NCBI GenBank assembly: GCA_965227295.1
Contig: OZ245742.1
Location: 1,888,001 to 1,952,000, forward strand
From: Leptonemataceae bacterium
GTDB lineage: Bacteria > Spirochaetota > Leptospiria > Leptospirales > Leptonemataceae
DNA: 64,000 nucleotides
Direction of reading: 5' to 3'
The translations under genes were made by a program, and so were the position numbers. Below the pieces are notes generated by a model. It saw only the letters and a program-made list of their open reading frames with translations, made no database searches and was not told the origin of the DNA. Shown one piece after another: positions 1 through 10,421 of the stretch (positions are counted from its first letter, which is position 1; each line of letters begins with the position of its first letter).

Positions 1-7
1 GGACAAC

Positions 8-676
8 GTGCCACCGACAATCCAGGTAATGATTGTAGATGATCACCAACTGCTCCGCGAAGGGCTGTCCCGGATCATTGAAAAAGAACCGGGCCTCAGC
101 GTGAGCGGCGAGGCGGCGGACGAATGCGCGGCTTTGCGGATCCTTTCGCGCGATGTGCCGGACGTTCTCGTTCTGGATCTGTCTTTGCACGAAGACAGCC
201 TGAGTTTTGAATTTCTGCATGCCGTGCGGTCGCGTTATCCGCGCATGCAGGTCTTAGTCTACTCGGCGCACGATGAGTTTGTTTACGGCGAGCGTTGTCT
301 GCGCGCCGGCGCCATGGGGTTCGTTTCCAAGCAGGCCGGCCCCCGGCAGCTTCTGGAAGCGATTCGGGCGGCCGCCGCGGGCGAACGTTTCGTCAGCCCC
401 GCGCTGTCCGACAGGCTCATGAAACGTTTCTTTGACGGCGATTCTCTGAATCCCATCGACCGGCTCAGCGATCGAGAACTGGAAGTCTTCTACCTCATGG
501 GCCGCGGCCTGCCCGCGAAAGAAATCGCCGATCGTCTCGGAATTACCCGAAACACGGTGGAGTCGCACTTTCAACATGTGCGCGGAAAGCTGGGGCATGC
601 GGACAATACGCAGCTCATTCGTGAGGCGCGGAAGTGGTTCATCGAACAGGCGGGCGTCGGCGAAAACAACGCTTAG
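8..676 (+). CDS. NarL/FixJ-family response regulator (REC + LuxR HTH)
   Basis: IVDDH...VLDLSL receiver domain; LSDRELEVF...IADRLGITRNTVESH LuxR HTH. Confidence 0.92.
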   Translation: MPPTIQVMIVDDHQLLREGLSRIIEKEPGLSVSGEAADECAALRILSRDVPDVLVLDLSLHEDSLSFEFLHAVRSRYPRMQVLVYSAHDEFVYGERCLRAGAMGFVSKQAGPRQLLEAIRAAAAGERFVSPALSDRLMKRFFDGDSLNPIDRLSDRELEVFYLMGRGLPAKEIADRLGITRNTVESHFQHVRGKLGHADNTQLIREARKWFIEQAGVGENNA

Positions 677-679
677 ATC

Positions 680-1381
680 TTACGCATCGTCTTCCGGCGG
701 CGGCGCGTCCCGGCTTCCGCGTTCGGCCAGAATCCACTGCACCGCCACCTTGTTGATGTCGGCGGAACTCTTGAGACCCAGTTTTTCGCGAATGCGAGCG
801 CGGTGTGTTTCCACGGTACTGCGGCTTACGCCCAGTTTCTCCCCGATCTCCGCCGTGCTGAAGCCCCAGCCCGTGAGTTCGAAAATCTCCAGCTCGCGAT
901 CACTGAGCGCGTCCACGATGGAACCGCGGTCTTCACTGCCCGGCTGCACAAAGTAGCTGCGCATAATGCGCTTCGCAAGATCTTCACTGAGATACAACTC
1001 TCCGATCAACACTTTGCGCAGCGCCTCCAGCACGACCGAGGAGTGTACGCTTTTGGTGACGTAACCTCGCGCGCCGGCTTTGATGCAGCGTTCGGCGTAG
1101 AAGGATTCGTTGTGCATGGAATGCACCAGCAGGTAGATCTTCGGATAGCGATTGTGCACGGTGCGTAAGAGTTCCAGTCCGGACGCGGCCCCTTCGAGGG
1201 TAATGTCCACGATGGCCGCGTCGGGGGGGTGTTCGCACTCGGCCAGAAGCTTGAGGGCATCCCGGGAGTTACCCGCCTCGCAGCAGACGACCAGGTCTTC
1301 TTCGCGATCAATGATCTCCCGCAATCCTTCGCGGAGAATCGGATGATCATCCACAAGCATGATGCGCTTGCGATCGCTCAA
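680..1381 (-). CDS. NarL/FixJ-family response regulator (REC + LuxR HTH)
   Basis: LVDDHPILREG receiver; LSDRELEIF...STVETHRARIREKLG. Start placed at the TTG overlapping the upstream kinase stop (TTGA). Confidence 0.9.
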   Translation of the reverse strand: MSDRKRIMLVDDHPILREGLREIIDREEDLVVCCEAGNSRDALKLLAECEHPPDAAIVDITLEGAASGLELLRTVHNRYPKIYLLVHSMHNESFYAERCIKAGARGYVTKSVHSSVVLEALRKVLIGELYLSEDLAKRIMRSYFVQPGSEDRGSIVDALSDRELEIFELTGWGFSTAEIGEKLGVSRSTVETHRARIREKLGLKSSADINKVAVQWILAERGSRDAPPPEDDA

Positions 1382-2871
1382 ACTTCCGTTCCTCCGGAAT
1401 TCGCCTGCATCGGAACCGTGCAGACGACACACAAATCATGGGCCTGCTTTCGGAAGGAGAGCTGCGCCCCGATCATTTCCGCCCGGTACAGCATCAATTC
1501 GTGCTGGTGAGATTGTGATGGTTCCGTGTCCGTGCGTGCCTGAAAGGCGCAGATCTCCAGTTCCAGATGATCACCGGCCTGTTTGATGCGGGCGTTAATG
1601 CGTTCGGTGCGTGCCGCGACACAGTAGTCGACGGCGTCGGCGGCGATGTAGTACAGATGCAGGGCGCTCTCCGCGGACAGCGGCAGATCTCCGGGACACT
1701 GAACGCGACACGGCGTTCCGTAGAAGCGTTCATAACGCGACGCCAGGTCCGCCAGGTTGTCCGGCAGGCTGGCGGCATCCAGTTGCAGGGGATAGAGACT
1801 CAACGCATTTTCCCGGGTTTCGTCGATGGCCCGGCGGAGCGTCTCGCTGATCTTCGTCGCGAGCGAGCACGCGGAGTCCTGCCCGGATTCCGCCAGTCGT
1901 TGTTCCAGGGACTCGGCGAGATAGGCGATGCCCGATAGCAACTGTCCGAGATTGTCGTGCAGGTTTCGGCCGATGCGACGGCGTTCGCCTTCACTCACGC
2001 TCAGGAGTTTGCGTCCCAGTTCCCGCTGTCCGCGCAGGTTCTCGGCGTGATCGTGAATTTCGGTGATGTCCTGCGTGACTCCGGCGATAAGCCTGGGAGA
2101 GCCGTTCCCGTCCCGGGCGAAGACACGGTCCTGCGAGAGCATGTGCCGCCATCGGCCGTCGGCGTCGCGCAGCCGCACCCGGGATTCCATTGTTTCGTTG
2201 TCGCTGACGTTTGCGTAGCGTGCGGCGCGTTCCGGTTGCCGCGCAAGATCGTCCGCATGCATGATCTCGGAGTTGATGGCGCCGCCGAAGTCCTCCACTT
2301 CCTCGCGGCTCATGTCGGCGAACTGAAGCGCCGCGGGGTTCGAGTAGATTGAGTACTCCTGTTTCAGGTCGTAGACGTAGACCGGCAACGGTACTGTATT
2401 TAAGACGCGCTGATAAAACGAAGGCGTTCCTGGAGTCGTTTCCTCGATCGGTTGCAGGCGGGCGAAGAAATCCCGGATATGCGCACTATGTTTTTCAGTT
2501 ACGCAGAACAGCGGGCCACTGCGTAACGCTTCGGACGCAATGTCCATGAGTTTCGCGCGCGATTTCTCGTCGGCCTCGGTCATTTCGGCCAGAGGTTCGC
2601 CGGTAATGCTGATGATGATGGTCCCGGCCGCACCGCGGGTGTGTATGTGCCGTACCAAATCCACTGCCCCGTCCCAGGAATGGTGGATAATGACGGCGGC
2701 GGGTGAGAACGATTCTAAAGCCGTAACGGCTCCGTCGTACGTAGAGACCGTTTGCACCGGCCAATCCCTGAGAAGCGTCCTTAAAGAGAGCGCGAAGTCC
2801 TCGTCTGCGGCGATGAGCGTGTTCACTGGCAGGGCGGAGTTTCTCCTGAGGAGACTGGGTTCGCAAGTCAT
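1378..2871 (-). CDS. PAS-domain sensor, HisKA_3 (NarX/UhpB-like) kinase with degenerate ATPase domain
   Basis: PAS/PAC (HADDLAR...RLRDADGRWR...DITE); H-box ERRRIGRNLHDNLGQLL; N/G boxes not recognisable. Confidence 0.82.
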   Translation of the reverse strand: MTCEPSLLRRNSALPVNTLIAADEDFALSLRTLLRDWPVQTVSTYDGAVTALESFSPAAVIIHHSWDGAVDLVRHIHTRGAAGTIIISITGEPLAEMTEADEKSRAKLMDIASEALRSGPLFCVTEKHSAHIRDFFARLQPIEETTPGTPSFYQRVLNTVPLPVYVYDLKQEYSIYSNPAALQFADMSREEVEDFGGAINSEIMHADDLARQPERAARYANVSDNETMESRVRLRDADGRWRHMLSQDRVFARDGNGSPRLIAGVTQDITEIHDHAENLRGQRELGRKLLSVSEGERRRIGRNLHDNLGQLLSGIAYLAESLEQRLAESGQDSACSLATKISETLRRAIDETRENALSLYPLQLDAASLPDNLADLASRYERFYGTPCRVQCPGDLPLSAESALHLYYIAADAVDYCVAARTERINARIKQAGDHLELEICAFQARTDTEPSQSHQHELMLYRAEMIGAQLSFRKQAHDLCVVCTVPMQANSGGTEV

Positions 2872-3054
2872 TTGTACGAGTTTCTACGTAAATAATACTC
2901 ACTCAATTTCATGACCCTGTGGCGAAAAACGCTACAGGGCGTACCGGACAGTCGACTACCTCAGAAGTACGGCTTCCCCCGATTGTTCTAACCCTCGCTC
3001 TGATGTAGGCTCAGTCCACGTTAGGCCGCGGGACGGCCGCACCGGAGGAAGAAC

Positions 3055-4809
3055 ATGAAACTCGCATTGAGGGGTAAACTTATTCTGGGATTCAGTTTAG
3101 CAATGATCGGTATCGGTATCGTCGCCTGGCGCGGCATCGTCGGCATGTACGGCCTGAACGCGGAGCTGAATTCCATTGAAGAAAAACAATTTCGCCCCGC
3201 GGCTTTGATCGCGGACGCAAACGTCGCCTTGCTCGCGTGGAACCGCGCGATCCTGAAGCACATCATCGTCACGAATCGCAATTCCATGAAGGAGCTGGAA
3301 AAAGAAAGCGGCGAGAATAAAACGATCCTGCACGAAAAAATGGAGGAGCTGGCCGGCCTGTCGGGATTGAGCGACGAGGGCCGCGGTCTTATAAAAGAAA
3401 TTCGCACGAGCATCGAGCGGGCCGACGGAACCGAAGCGAAGGTCGTCTCTCTCAGCCGCTCCGAACAACAGGACGAGGCCCGCGTGCTCATGAATAGCGA
3501 CCTGCGACCGGTTTTCAACGAACTGGATGCAAATATGACGACCTTTCTGCAACTGCAACGCAAGCAGTTGGAGACCGTCATGACCGCCACCGATGCGCGC
3601 TTCAACGAGTCCATGCGCAACATCATCATCCTCACCATTGCGACGTTCGTAATCGTCGTCGCGGCCGCGTTTTTCATTATTCTGTCGATCACCCGGCCGA
3701 TCCACAACTCCATCAACTCGCTGTCCGAAAGCGCGGGACAGGTGGCCGGAGGGTCCCAGCAGGTAAGTATTGCCAGCCAGAAGTTAGCAGAGAGTACGTC
3801 GCAACAGGCTTCCGCCCTGGAAGAGAGTTCCGCTTCCATCGAAGAGCTGTCCGCCATGACTCAGAACAACTCCGAGATGTCCGACGAGGGCAATCGTCTG
3901 GCCGAGGAGTGCGCCCAGATTGCGGGGCGGGCCAACGAATCCATGACGTCGCTCAAGCGCGCCATCCAGGTCATTAATTCTTCCTCGGAGAAGACCGGGA
4001 AGATCGTAAAGGACATCGACGAGATCGCTTTTCAGACGAACATCCTTTCGTTGAACGCCGCCGTGGAAGCCGCCCGGGCCGGACAGGCCGGCAAGGGTTT
4101 TGCCGTAGTTGCGGAAGAAGTGCGCAACCTCGCTCTGCGCGCGGCCGAAGCGGCGAAAAACACAACGGACCTTATTGAGGGTTCGCGTAAGTCCATCAAC
4201 GAAGGTTTTACGCTGACCCAGGCGACAGAGAAAGACTTCGGCGAATTGAGCGAGTCCGTTGCGCGTCTGAAGAAACTCGTTTCGGAGATCAACACCGCGT
4301 CCGGTGAACAGGCCCGCGGCATCGAAGAGATCAACCGCGCGGTGGAAAGTATGAACGACGGTACGCAGTACAACGTTACGGCTTCCGAAGAAAGCGCGGC
4401 CGCGGCGGAAGAGCTGAGTGCTCAGGCGCGCGCCCTGATGGATGTCGTAGATGATCTTTCAGCCATTGTCGGTCGCATTGATCGTCGTCGCGGCGATACG
4501 CGGCAAGACCTCAAACAAGCCCAGGTGCACGAAGCCCATAAGGCCGTGCAAGAACATGCTAACGGTAACGGTAACGGAGCCGGCAACGGCAAGGTCGTAT
4601 ACACGAACGGTCGCGCGACGCAGGACTCGAACGGAAAGGCCGTGCATGCGAACGGGAACGGCACGCACTCCGGGAACGACAGTCACGCTTCCGCGGAAGA
4701 CGGCGCGCATTCCGGTAACGGCCGGGAGCCGGTGGCCGCGGGAAAGAACGTCCGCCCGGAAGACGTCATCTCTCTCGAGGACGATGACGAACACTTCGAT
4801 CGCTTCTGA
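3055..4809 (+). CDS. methyl-accepting chemotaxis protein (4HB-type sensor)
   Basis: Two TM segments; signalling tip IAFQTNILSLNAAVEAARAGQAGKGFAVVAEEVRNLA; C-terminal pentapeptide HFDRF. Confidence 0.95.
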   Translation: MKLALRGKLILGFSLAMIGIGIVAWRGIVGMYGLNAELNSIEEKQFRPAALIADANVALLAWNRAILKHIIVTNRNSMKELEKESGENKTILHEKMEELAGLSGLSDEGRGLIKEIRTSIERADGTEAKVVSLSRSEQQDEARVLMNSDLRPVFNELDANMTTFLQLQRKQLETVMTATDARFNESMRNIIILTIATFVIVVAAAFFIILSITRPIHNSINSLSESAGQVAGGSQQVSIASQKLAESTSQQASALEESSASIEELSAMTQNNSEMSDEGNRLAEECAQIAGRANESMTSLKRAIQVINSSSEKTGKIVKDIDEIAFQTNILSLNAAVEAARAGQAGKGFAVVAEEVRNLALRAAEAAKNTTDLIEGSRKSINEGFTLTQATEKDFGELSESVARLKKLVSEINTASGEQARGIEEINRAVESMNDGTQYNVTASEESAAAAEELSAQARALMDVVDDLSAIVGRIDRRRGDTRQDLKQAQVHEAHKAVQEHANGNGNGAGNGKVVYTNGRATQDSNGKAVHANGNGTHSGNDSHASAEDGAHSGNGREPVAAGKNVRPEDVISLEDDDEHFDRF

Positions 4810-4834
4810 TTGAAATCATTCTAACGGGAGGAAG

Positions 4835-5386
4835 ATGTCTATGTCCGCACAAGAAACAGCCGGTGCCGTTCGCGGCGCCGGATTCGAAGAATACTCGGAG
4901 AACGCCGAGGAGATCGCCGCCGATGTGTACCTGACCTTCTCGGTCGCGGAGAACGAATACGCCGTCGCGGTGGCGGGGGTTCGCGAGATCCTCGGCCTGC
5001 CGGAGCGCACCGAGGTTCCGGATATGCCGACCTACGTGAAGGGCGTCATTAATCTACGCGGCCGGGTGGTGCCGCTGATCGACATGGGCCTGCGCCTCGG
5101 TCACCAGAGCGAGAGCGAATACGGGGAACGTACCTGCGTGATCATCATCGAGGTGGGCCGGCTTCTGGCCGGATTGATCGTCGATTCGGTGAACGAGGTC
5201 ATGCGTATTCCGGAAGAAGACCTGGAACCGGCGCCGCGGTTTTCCGCGGAGGGCGGCCGCAGCCATCGTTTCATTCGTAGCATCGGCAAGACCGAAGACG
5301 GGGTGAAACTCGTCGTTGACCTCGGCGGCCTGCTGGATGAACAGGGGCGTCGGGTGTTGGAGCAGACGGAGACGATTTCCTCGTAA
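4835..5386 (+). CDS. cheW: chemotaxis coupling protein CheW
   Basis: YLTF...VPDMPTYVKGVINLRGRVVPLID...GLIVDSVNEV. Confidence 0.93.
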   Translation: MSMSAQETAGAVRGAGFEEYSENAEEIAADVYLTFSVAENEYAVAVAGVREILGLPERTEVPDMPTYVKGVINLRGRVVPLIDMGLRLGHQSESEYGERTCVIIIEVGRLLAGLIVDSVNEVMRIPEEDLEPAPRFSAEGGRSHRFIRSIGKTEDGVKLVVDLGGLLDEQGRRVLEQTETISS

Positions 5387-5419
5387 GTTTTCATCGAGGG
5401 AAGTTAGTGGAGAAAGACG

Positions 5420-7240
5420 ATGGATGATCTGCTGCACGGATTTCTTTCGGACGCCCGGGAGATTGTGGACTCCACGGAGGCGATCGTCGTGCGCTTCGAC
5501 GCGGACGGTGGTTGTCTCGACGCCGATCCTTTGCATCGTCTCTTTCGTGGTTACCATACGCTCAAGGGCACCGCGGGCTTCTTCGAGTTGCAACACCTGG
5601 TTTCCGTAACTCACGCCGCGGAAGACTTACTGGATCTGTTGCGGGAACAGCCGGCTCTGTTGAATCGCGACGACCTGCGCCGTCGCACGGTGGAACTGAT
5701 GCTGTCGGTGGGTGACTTTCTGCGTCGTTTGATCGACCACATCGCGGAGCACGGCAACGACGCGGACTTTGCCGCCGAAGCGAAAACCTTCACGGAGCCC
5801 CTGCGCGATCTCGTGCACGACGCAAGGCGACCCGCCGACGCCGACCCGCAGTCTTCGGGTGCGGAGAAAGCCGCTGTGATCGAAGCGAAGCCGGCGACGG
5901 AAGCGATGCCGGAGGAAGCGGAACACGGTGCATCGTTCGGACTGTTCGATGAAACGGCGCCGACCGCAGAAGGGCCGGCGGCCGACGCGGCGATATCGTC
6001 GACCGAGGCCCGCAAGTCCGACCGAAGCCACAAGGACATTCGCATCAGCGTTGATCGCATCGATCGTCTGGTGGATTCCACCGGAGAGTTGACCATCATC
6101 GAATCCATGATTCGGCGCTCGGTGCAATCCATGAACGGCACCGCCGACCACGAACTGCGCAACGCCGCCGGCCAACTGCGGTCTCTCGTGCGCAATCTTC
6201 AGGAAATTGCGTTGGGTATGCGCATGATTCCCCTGGTCGGCGTCTTTCGCAAAGTGGAACGCCTGGTCTCCGATCTGCGCCGACGTTCGGGTAAGAACGT
6301 CGTGCTCGAAACTTACGGCAGCGACACCGAACTGGATAAGTCCGTAAGTGAAGCCGTCGCCGATCCGTTGATGCACATCCTGCGCAACGCCGTGGATCAC
6401 GGCATTGAATCGCCGCAAGAGCGTGCCGACGCGGGGAAAGCGGGCGAGGGGCGCATCGTTCTCGAAGCGCGGCACGCCGGCAGCGAGGTGTGGATCAGTG
6501 TACAGGACGACGGCCGCGGCCTGGATCGCGAAAAGATTCTCGAACGCGCCAGGGAGCGCGGGCTTATCGACGTCGCGATGCGGACGGCTGAACTGAGCGA
6601 CGAAGAGGTCTGGGACTTCATTTTCGAACCCGGTTTCTCCACCGCGGAAAGCATCACACACATGTCCGGTCGCGGCGTGGGCATGGACGTCGTTCGCAAA
6701 AACGTTCACGCGCTGCGCGGGCGCGTCGAGGTACGCGCGGAACCGGGCGGCGGCACGCGCTTTCTGTTACGCATTCCCTTAACACTTTCGATCATCGACG
6801 GCATGATCATGGAGATCGACGGCAGTTTCTTTGTATTGCCCACCATCGATATTCATCGTTCCCTCGCCGTAAGCGAAAAGACGGAACGGGAAGCCCTGCC
6901 CGGCGGCGACGTCCTGCATGTGGACGGACGCCTGGTGCGTACGCTGGCATTGCGTTCGGCGTTTCGTTTCGGTGTTGCGACTCGTGAAGATCGGGACCAT
7001 CCCCTCGCCGTAATCATTGAACAGGAAGGCCGCTATCTCGCGTTGTATGTCGATCGCATCATCGGCAACCAGAGCGTCGTGATCAAGCCGCTGCCGGAGT
7101 ACATGCGGGGCGTACGCGGTCTCGCCGGTTGTACGATCCTCGGCGACGGCGAGGTGGCGTTCATCTTCGACGTACAGGATCTGCTGCGGCGCTTCGCCGC
7201 GACCGCCGCGGACCGGCGTCACCTGGGGGCCGCGACATGA
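5420..7240 (+). CDS. cheA: chemotaxis histidine kinase CheA
   Basis: Hpt LFRGYHTLKG; HILRNAVDHGIE; DDGRG; IFEPGFSTA; SGRGVGMDVV; C-terminal CheW-like domain. Confidence 0.95.
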   Translation: MDDLLHGFLSDAREIVDSTEAIVVRFDADGGCLDADPLHRLFRGYHTLKGTAGFFELQHLVSVTHAAEDLLDLLREQPALLNRDDLRRRTVELMLSVGDFLRRLIDHIAEHGNDADFAAEAKTFTEPLRDLVHDARRPADADPQSSGAEKAAVIEAKPATEAMPEEAEHGASFGLFDETAPTAEGPAADAAISSTEARKSDRSHKDIRISVDRIDRLVDSTGELTIIESMIRRSVQSMNGTADHELRNAAGQLRSLVRNLQEIALGMRMIPLVGVFRKVERLVSDLRRRSGKNVVLETYGSDTELDKSVSEAVADPLMHILRNAVDHGIESPQERADAGKAGEGRIVLEARHAGSEVWISVQDDGRGLDREKILERARERGLIDVAMRTAELSDEEVWDFIFEPGFSTAESITHMSGRGVGMDVVRKNVHALRGRVEVRAEPGGGTRFLLRIPLTLSIIDGMIMEIDGSFFVLPTIDIHRSLAVSEKTEREALPGGDVLHVDGRLVRTLALRSAFRFGVATREDRDHPLAVIIEQEGRYLALYVDRIIGNQSVVIKPLPEYMRGVRGLAGCTILGDGEVAFIFDVQDLLRRFAATAADRRHLGAAT

Positions 7241-8082
7241 TGAGCGGCAACCCGGAAGTTCGTCCGATGACGGCGACGGAGTTCGAGTACATTTCGAATA
7301 TGCTCCGGCAGAGCCTCGGCATTCGCATGCGCGAAGAGAAACGCACGACGTTGCATCATCGTCTCTCGCGCCTGGTGCGGGAGGCCGGGTTCAACAATTA
7401 CGGCGATTACTTCGAGTATGTCGCGGACGACAGCGGCGGCGGGGCCATGAGCGAAATGATCGCCCGCATCACCACGAATCACACGTATTTTTTTCGCGAG
7501 GACGATCACTTTGAATTTCTGCGCGCGGAGATCTTTCCCCGGTGGAAGGACCGCGAGTCGATTCGTATCTGGAGTGCGGCCTGCGCCACGGGCGATGAGC
7601 CGTATACCATCGCCATCGAACTTATTGAGTATTTCGGTCCCGGGCTTCTCGGCCGGGACTGTGCGATCCTCGCCACGGATATTTCCCGGCGTGCCGTGGA
7701 TGCGGCGCGCCGGGGCGTTTTTTCCGCGGAGCGCGTGTCGGCTTTGCCGGCGAACCTGCGCCGCCGGTACTTTCGTAAGACGGGGCGGGATCAATTCAAA
7801 ATTCTGGAAGACCCGCGCAAACTGGTAACGTTCGGCGTACTGAACTTAAGGCGCCGCGACTTTCCGTTTCGGGGTCTCTTTGACGTCATCTTTCTACGCA
7901 ATGTAATGATCTATTTCGATCCGGCCACGGCCGCGGAAACCGTACGTTCGCTGAGCCGCTACCTGCGGCCGGGGGGATACCTCGTCATCGGCAAAAGCGA
8001 GACCCTGGACCGTTCGGTGAAGGAATTTCAAAGCATCCGGCATTCGATCTACCGTTATTCCGGCAGGCAGGGCCAGGCATGA
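7237..8082 (+). CDS. cheR: chemotaxis methyltransferase CheR
   Basis: TTNHTYFFRE; IRIWSAACATGDEPYT; FDVIFLRNVMIYF; ATG overlaps the cheA stop (ATGA). Confidence 0.94.
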   Translation: MMSGNPEVRPMTATEFEYISNMLRQSLGIRMREEKRTTLHHRLSRLVREAGFNNYGDYFEYVADDSGGGAMSEMIARITTNHTYFFREDDHFEFLRAEIFPRWKDRESIRIWSAACATGDEPYTIAIELIEYFGPGLLGRDCAILATDISRRAVDAARRGVFSAERVSALPANLRRRYFRKTGRDQFKILEDPRKLVTFGVLNLRRRDFPFRGLFDVIFLRNVMIYFDPATAAETVRSLSRYLRPGGYLVIGKSETLDRSVKEFQSIRHSIYRYSGRQGQA

Positions 8083-9161
8083 TTCAAGAGACAGCCGTGA
8101 AAACTCGCGTCCTGATCGTGGACGACAACGCCGTGATCCGCCGTATCTTGAGGGACGGACTGTCCCGGGAGCCCGATCTGGAAGTGGTGGGGGAGGCCCC
8201 GGATCCCTTCGTGGCGCGGGATCTAATCGTTAAGTTGCGACCGGATGTTCTTACGCTGGACGTGGAGATGCCGCGCATGAACGGCGTGGAATTCTTACGT
8301 AAACTCATGCCGCAATACCCGTTGCCCGTGGTGATGGTCAGTTCTCTGACGCGCCGGGGACGTTCCATTACTCTCGAAGCACTGGAGCTCGGCGCCATCG
8401 ACTACGTGGAGAAGCCCGACGGCATGCACGGCTCCGCCGATGATATGATGGAAGCGCTCATTGCCAGGGTGAGGGTCGCCGCGCAAACAGACATACAACA
8501 AATGTTAACGCGGCGTGGGAGCGGCGGCCCGCGTACGAAACGCGACGTCTCCCGGACGCCGACAGCCCCGGCCGGCCTCTTACAGGTCGTGGGCATCGGC
8601 GCCTCCACCGGCGGTACGACGGCCTTGCACGAACTCCTGGGCGAGTTGCCCCCGGAGTCGCCGGGCATCGTGATCGTGCAACATATGCCGGCGGGGTTCA
8701 CGAAACTATTCGCGGAACGCTTGAACGAAGTCTGCGGTCTCGATGTGAAAGAAGCCGAGACCGGTGATCTCATTCTCCCCGGCCGGGTACTGGTGGCGCC
8801 CGGCAACCGGCATTTGTCCGTGCGTCGTCGCGGGAACGCGTTCTGTACGCACGTCTTCGATTACGATCGAGTGGGCGGACATCGGCCGTCCGTAGACGTG
8901 CTCTTTTCTTCGCTCGCGGAGAACGTTCCCGGAGATCGCTGCGCCGGCGTGCTGTTGACGGGCATGGGCTCGGACGGGGCGCGCGGTTTGAAGGACATGC
9001 GCGGGGCCGGGGCGCGCACCATCGCTCAGGACGAAGCGAGCAGCGTGGTCTACGGCATGCCCAGGGCCGCCGTCGAACTGGGCGCGGCGGAGTTCGAACT
9101 TCCCCTGGAACGGATTGCGGGCCGGCTGCGCGCGTTAATGTATGAGGAGGCAAAGTTATGA
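8079..9161 (+). CDS. cheB: chemotaxis methylesterase CheB (REC + methylesterase)
   Basis: GIGASTGG; IVQHMP; HRPSVDVLF; LTGMGSDG; VVYGMP. Confidence 0.95.
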   Translation: MIQETAVKTRVLIVDDNAVIRRILRDGLSREPDLEVVGEAPDPFVARDLIVKLRPDVLTLDVEMPRMNGVEFLRKLMPQYPLPVVMVSSLTRRGRSITLEALELGAIDYVEKPDGMHGSADDMMEALIARVRVAAQTDIQQMLTRRGSGGPRTKRDVSRTPTAPAGLLQVVGIGASTGGTTALHELLGELPPESPGIVIVQHMPAGFTKLFAERLNEVCGLDVKEAETGDLILPGRVLVAPGNRHLSVRRRGNAFCTHVFDYDRVGGHRPSVDVLFSSLAENVPGDRCAGVLLTGMGSDGARGLKDMRGAGARTIAQDEASSVVYGMPRAAVELGAAEFELPLERIAGRLRALMYEEAKL

Positions 9162-10396
9162 TTCCCCACGTTTTGATTGTGGACGCCGACGAACACAGTC
9201 GCGGCCGGGCCGCGGGTATCGTCGTAAACTCGGGTTATGCCTGTGCCACCGTAGGTTGCGCCGGGGAAGGATTAGCGCGTCTTGAGCGTGAACCCTTCGC
9301 CGTCACCCTGGTGGACGCCGATCTGCCGGATATGGCCGGCCACGAATTCATCTCCCATGCCGTGCGTCGTTTCGACACCGTATGCCTCGCCCAGGCGGAG
9401 AACCCCGGCACGGACAACGTCGTGCAGACCCTGCGGGAATTTCGGGCCTTTGATTATCTGGTGAAGCCGTACGATGAGGACACGTTACGCCTGGCCGTGC
9501 AGCGCGCTTTTGAAAACTACGAGATCCTGCGTTTAACGCGCGTGTTGCCCGAGGTGGAGCGTAGTTTTTATGAAGACGCTTTGCGCATGTTCAACTGGCG
9601 CCAGGAGATTCGTCGCAAGACGGAGGAATATCTGGCGAGTACCGTCATCCATCAACTCAACATCGGCTTCTTTCACGGCAGCGGCGTGGGAGCGTTGATG
9701 TCGGCCATGAGCATTCTGTTTTCCCAGGCGGAGAAGAACGCAGAGGGCAACGTGCAGATCGCGGGCCCGCTCTTCGATCTTGCGAAAGAGAACTACGAGA
9801 CCAGTCTCTCGGTCATTCGCAGCCTGTCCGATGCCCAGGCCATCCTTATGGAAAGCCGTCCCGCGGAAAGCCGCGAGGACGGCAGCGGTCTCTACGAATT
9901 TCTCGACGAACTGCGCCGGGATCTGCGGCCCATGCTGGAACTGAAAAAACAGCACATTGACCTCGGCTGTCCCGGCGGTGTGGCCGATCGTCGCACGTTT
10001 CCCTTCGATCGCGAAAAGATGCACATACTGTTCGAAGAACTGCTGATCAACGCGATGAAGTATTCGATGGAAGGCGATACGATCTTTCTGCTCGCCGTCG
10101 GCCGGGGCGACTTCCTGGAATTTAAGGTCATGAACCCGGCCCGGGACGCAATCTGTCGGCCGATTCAGGGTCGCGAAGAGGGCCTGGTGTTCGAACCGTT
10201 CTATCGTTTGCAGGCGGACATGGATGATCGTTACACCATGGAACGTTTCGGTCACGGCCTCGGCCTGGCCGTGGTGAAGAAGATCGTGGAGTCGCACGGC
10301 GGCTCCGTGTTTTTGCACACGATCCAGAATCATTTGCGGGCCGAGGGCGGTAACGACGTATGCATTACCGTGCGCATTCCGTTAAGTGAAGATTGA
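9158..10396 (+). CDS. hybrid receiver / histidine-kinase-like ATPase protein
   Basis: N-terminal REC (LIVDAD...LVDADLPD...YLVKP); C-terminal ELLINAMKYS, VFEPFYR, GHGLGLAVVKKIVESHGG. Confidence 0.82.
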   Translation: MIPHVLIVDADEHSRGRAAGIVVNSGYACATVGCAGEGLARLEREPFAVTLVDADLPDMAGHEFISHAVRRFDTVCLAQAENPGTDNVVQTLREFRAFDYLVKPYDEDTLRLAVQRAFENYEILRLTRVLPEVERSFYEDALRMFNWRQEIRRKTEEYLASTVIHQLNIGFFHGSGVGALMSAMSILFSQAEKNAEGNVQIAGPLFDLAKENYETSLSVIRSLSDAQAILMESRPAESREDGSGLYEFLDELRRDLRPMLELKKQHIDLGCPGGVADRRTFPFDREKMHILFEELLINAMKYSMEGDTIFLLAVGRGDFLEFKVMNPARDAICRPIQGREEGLVFEPFYRLQADMDDRYTMERFGHGLGLAVVKKIVESHGGSVFLHTIQNHLRAEGGNDVCITVRIPLSED

Positions 10397-10421
10397 AATA
10401 ATCTAAGGAGAGGAGGAGTTT

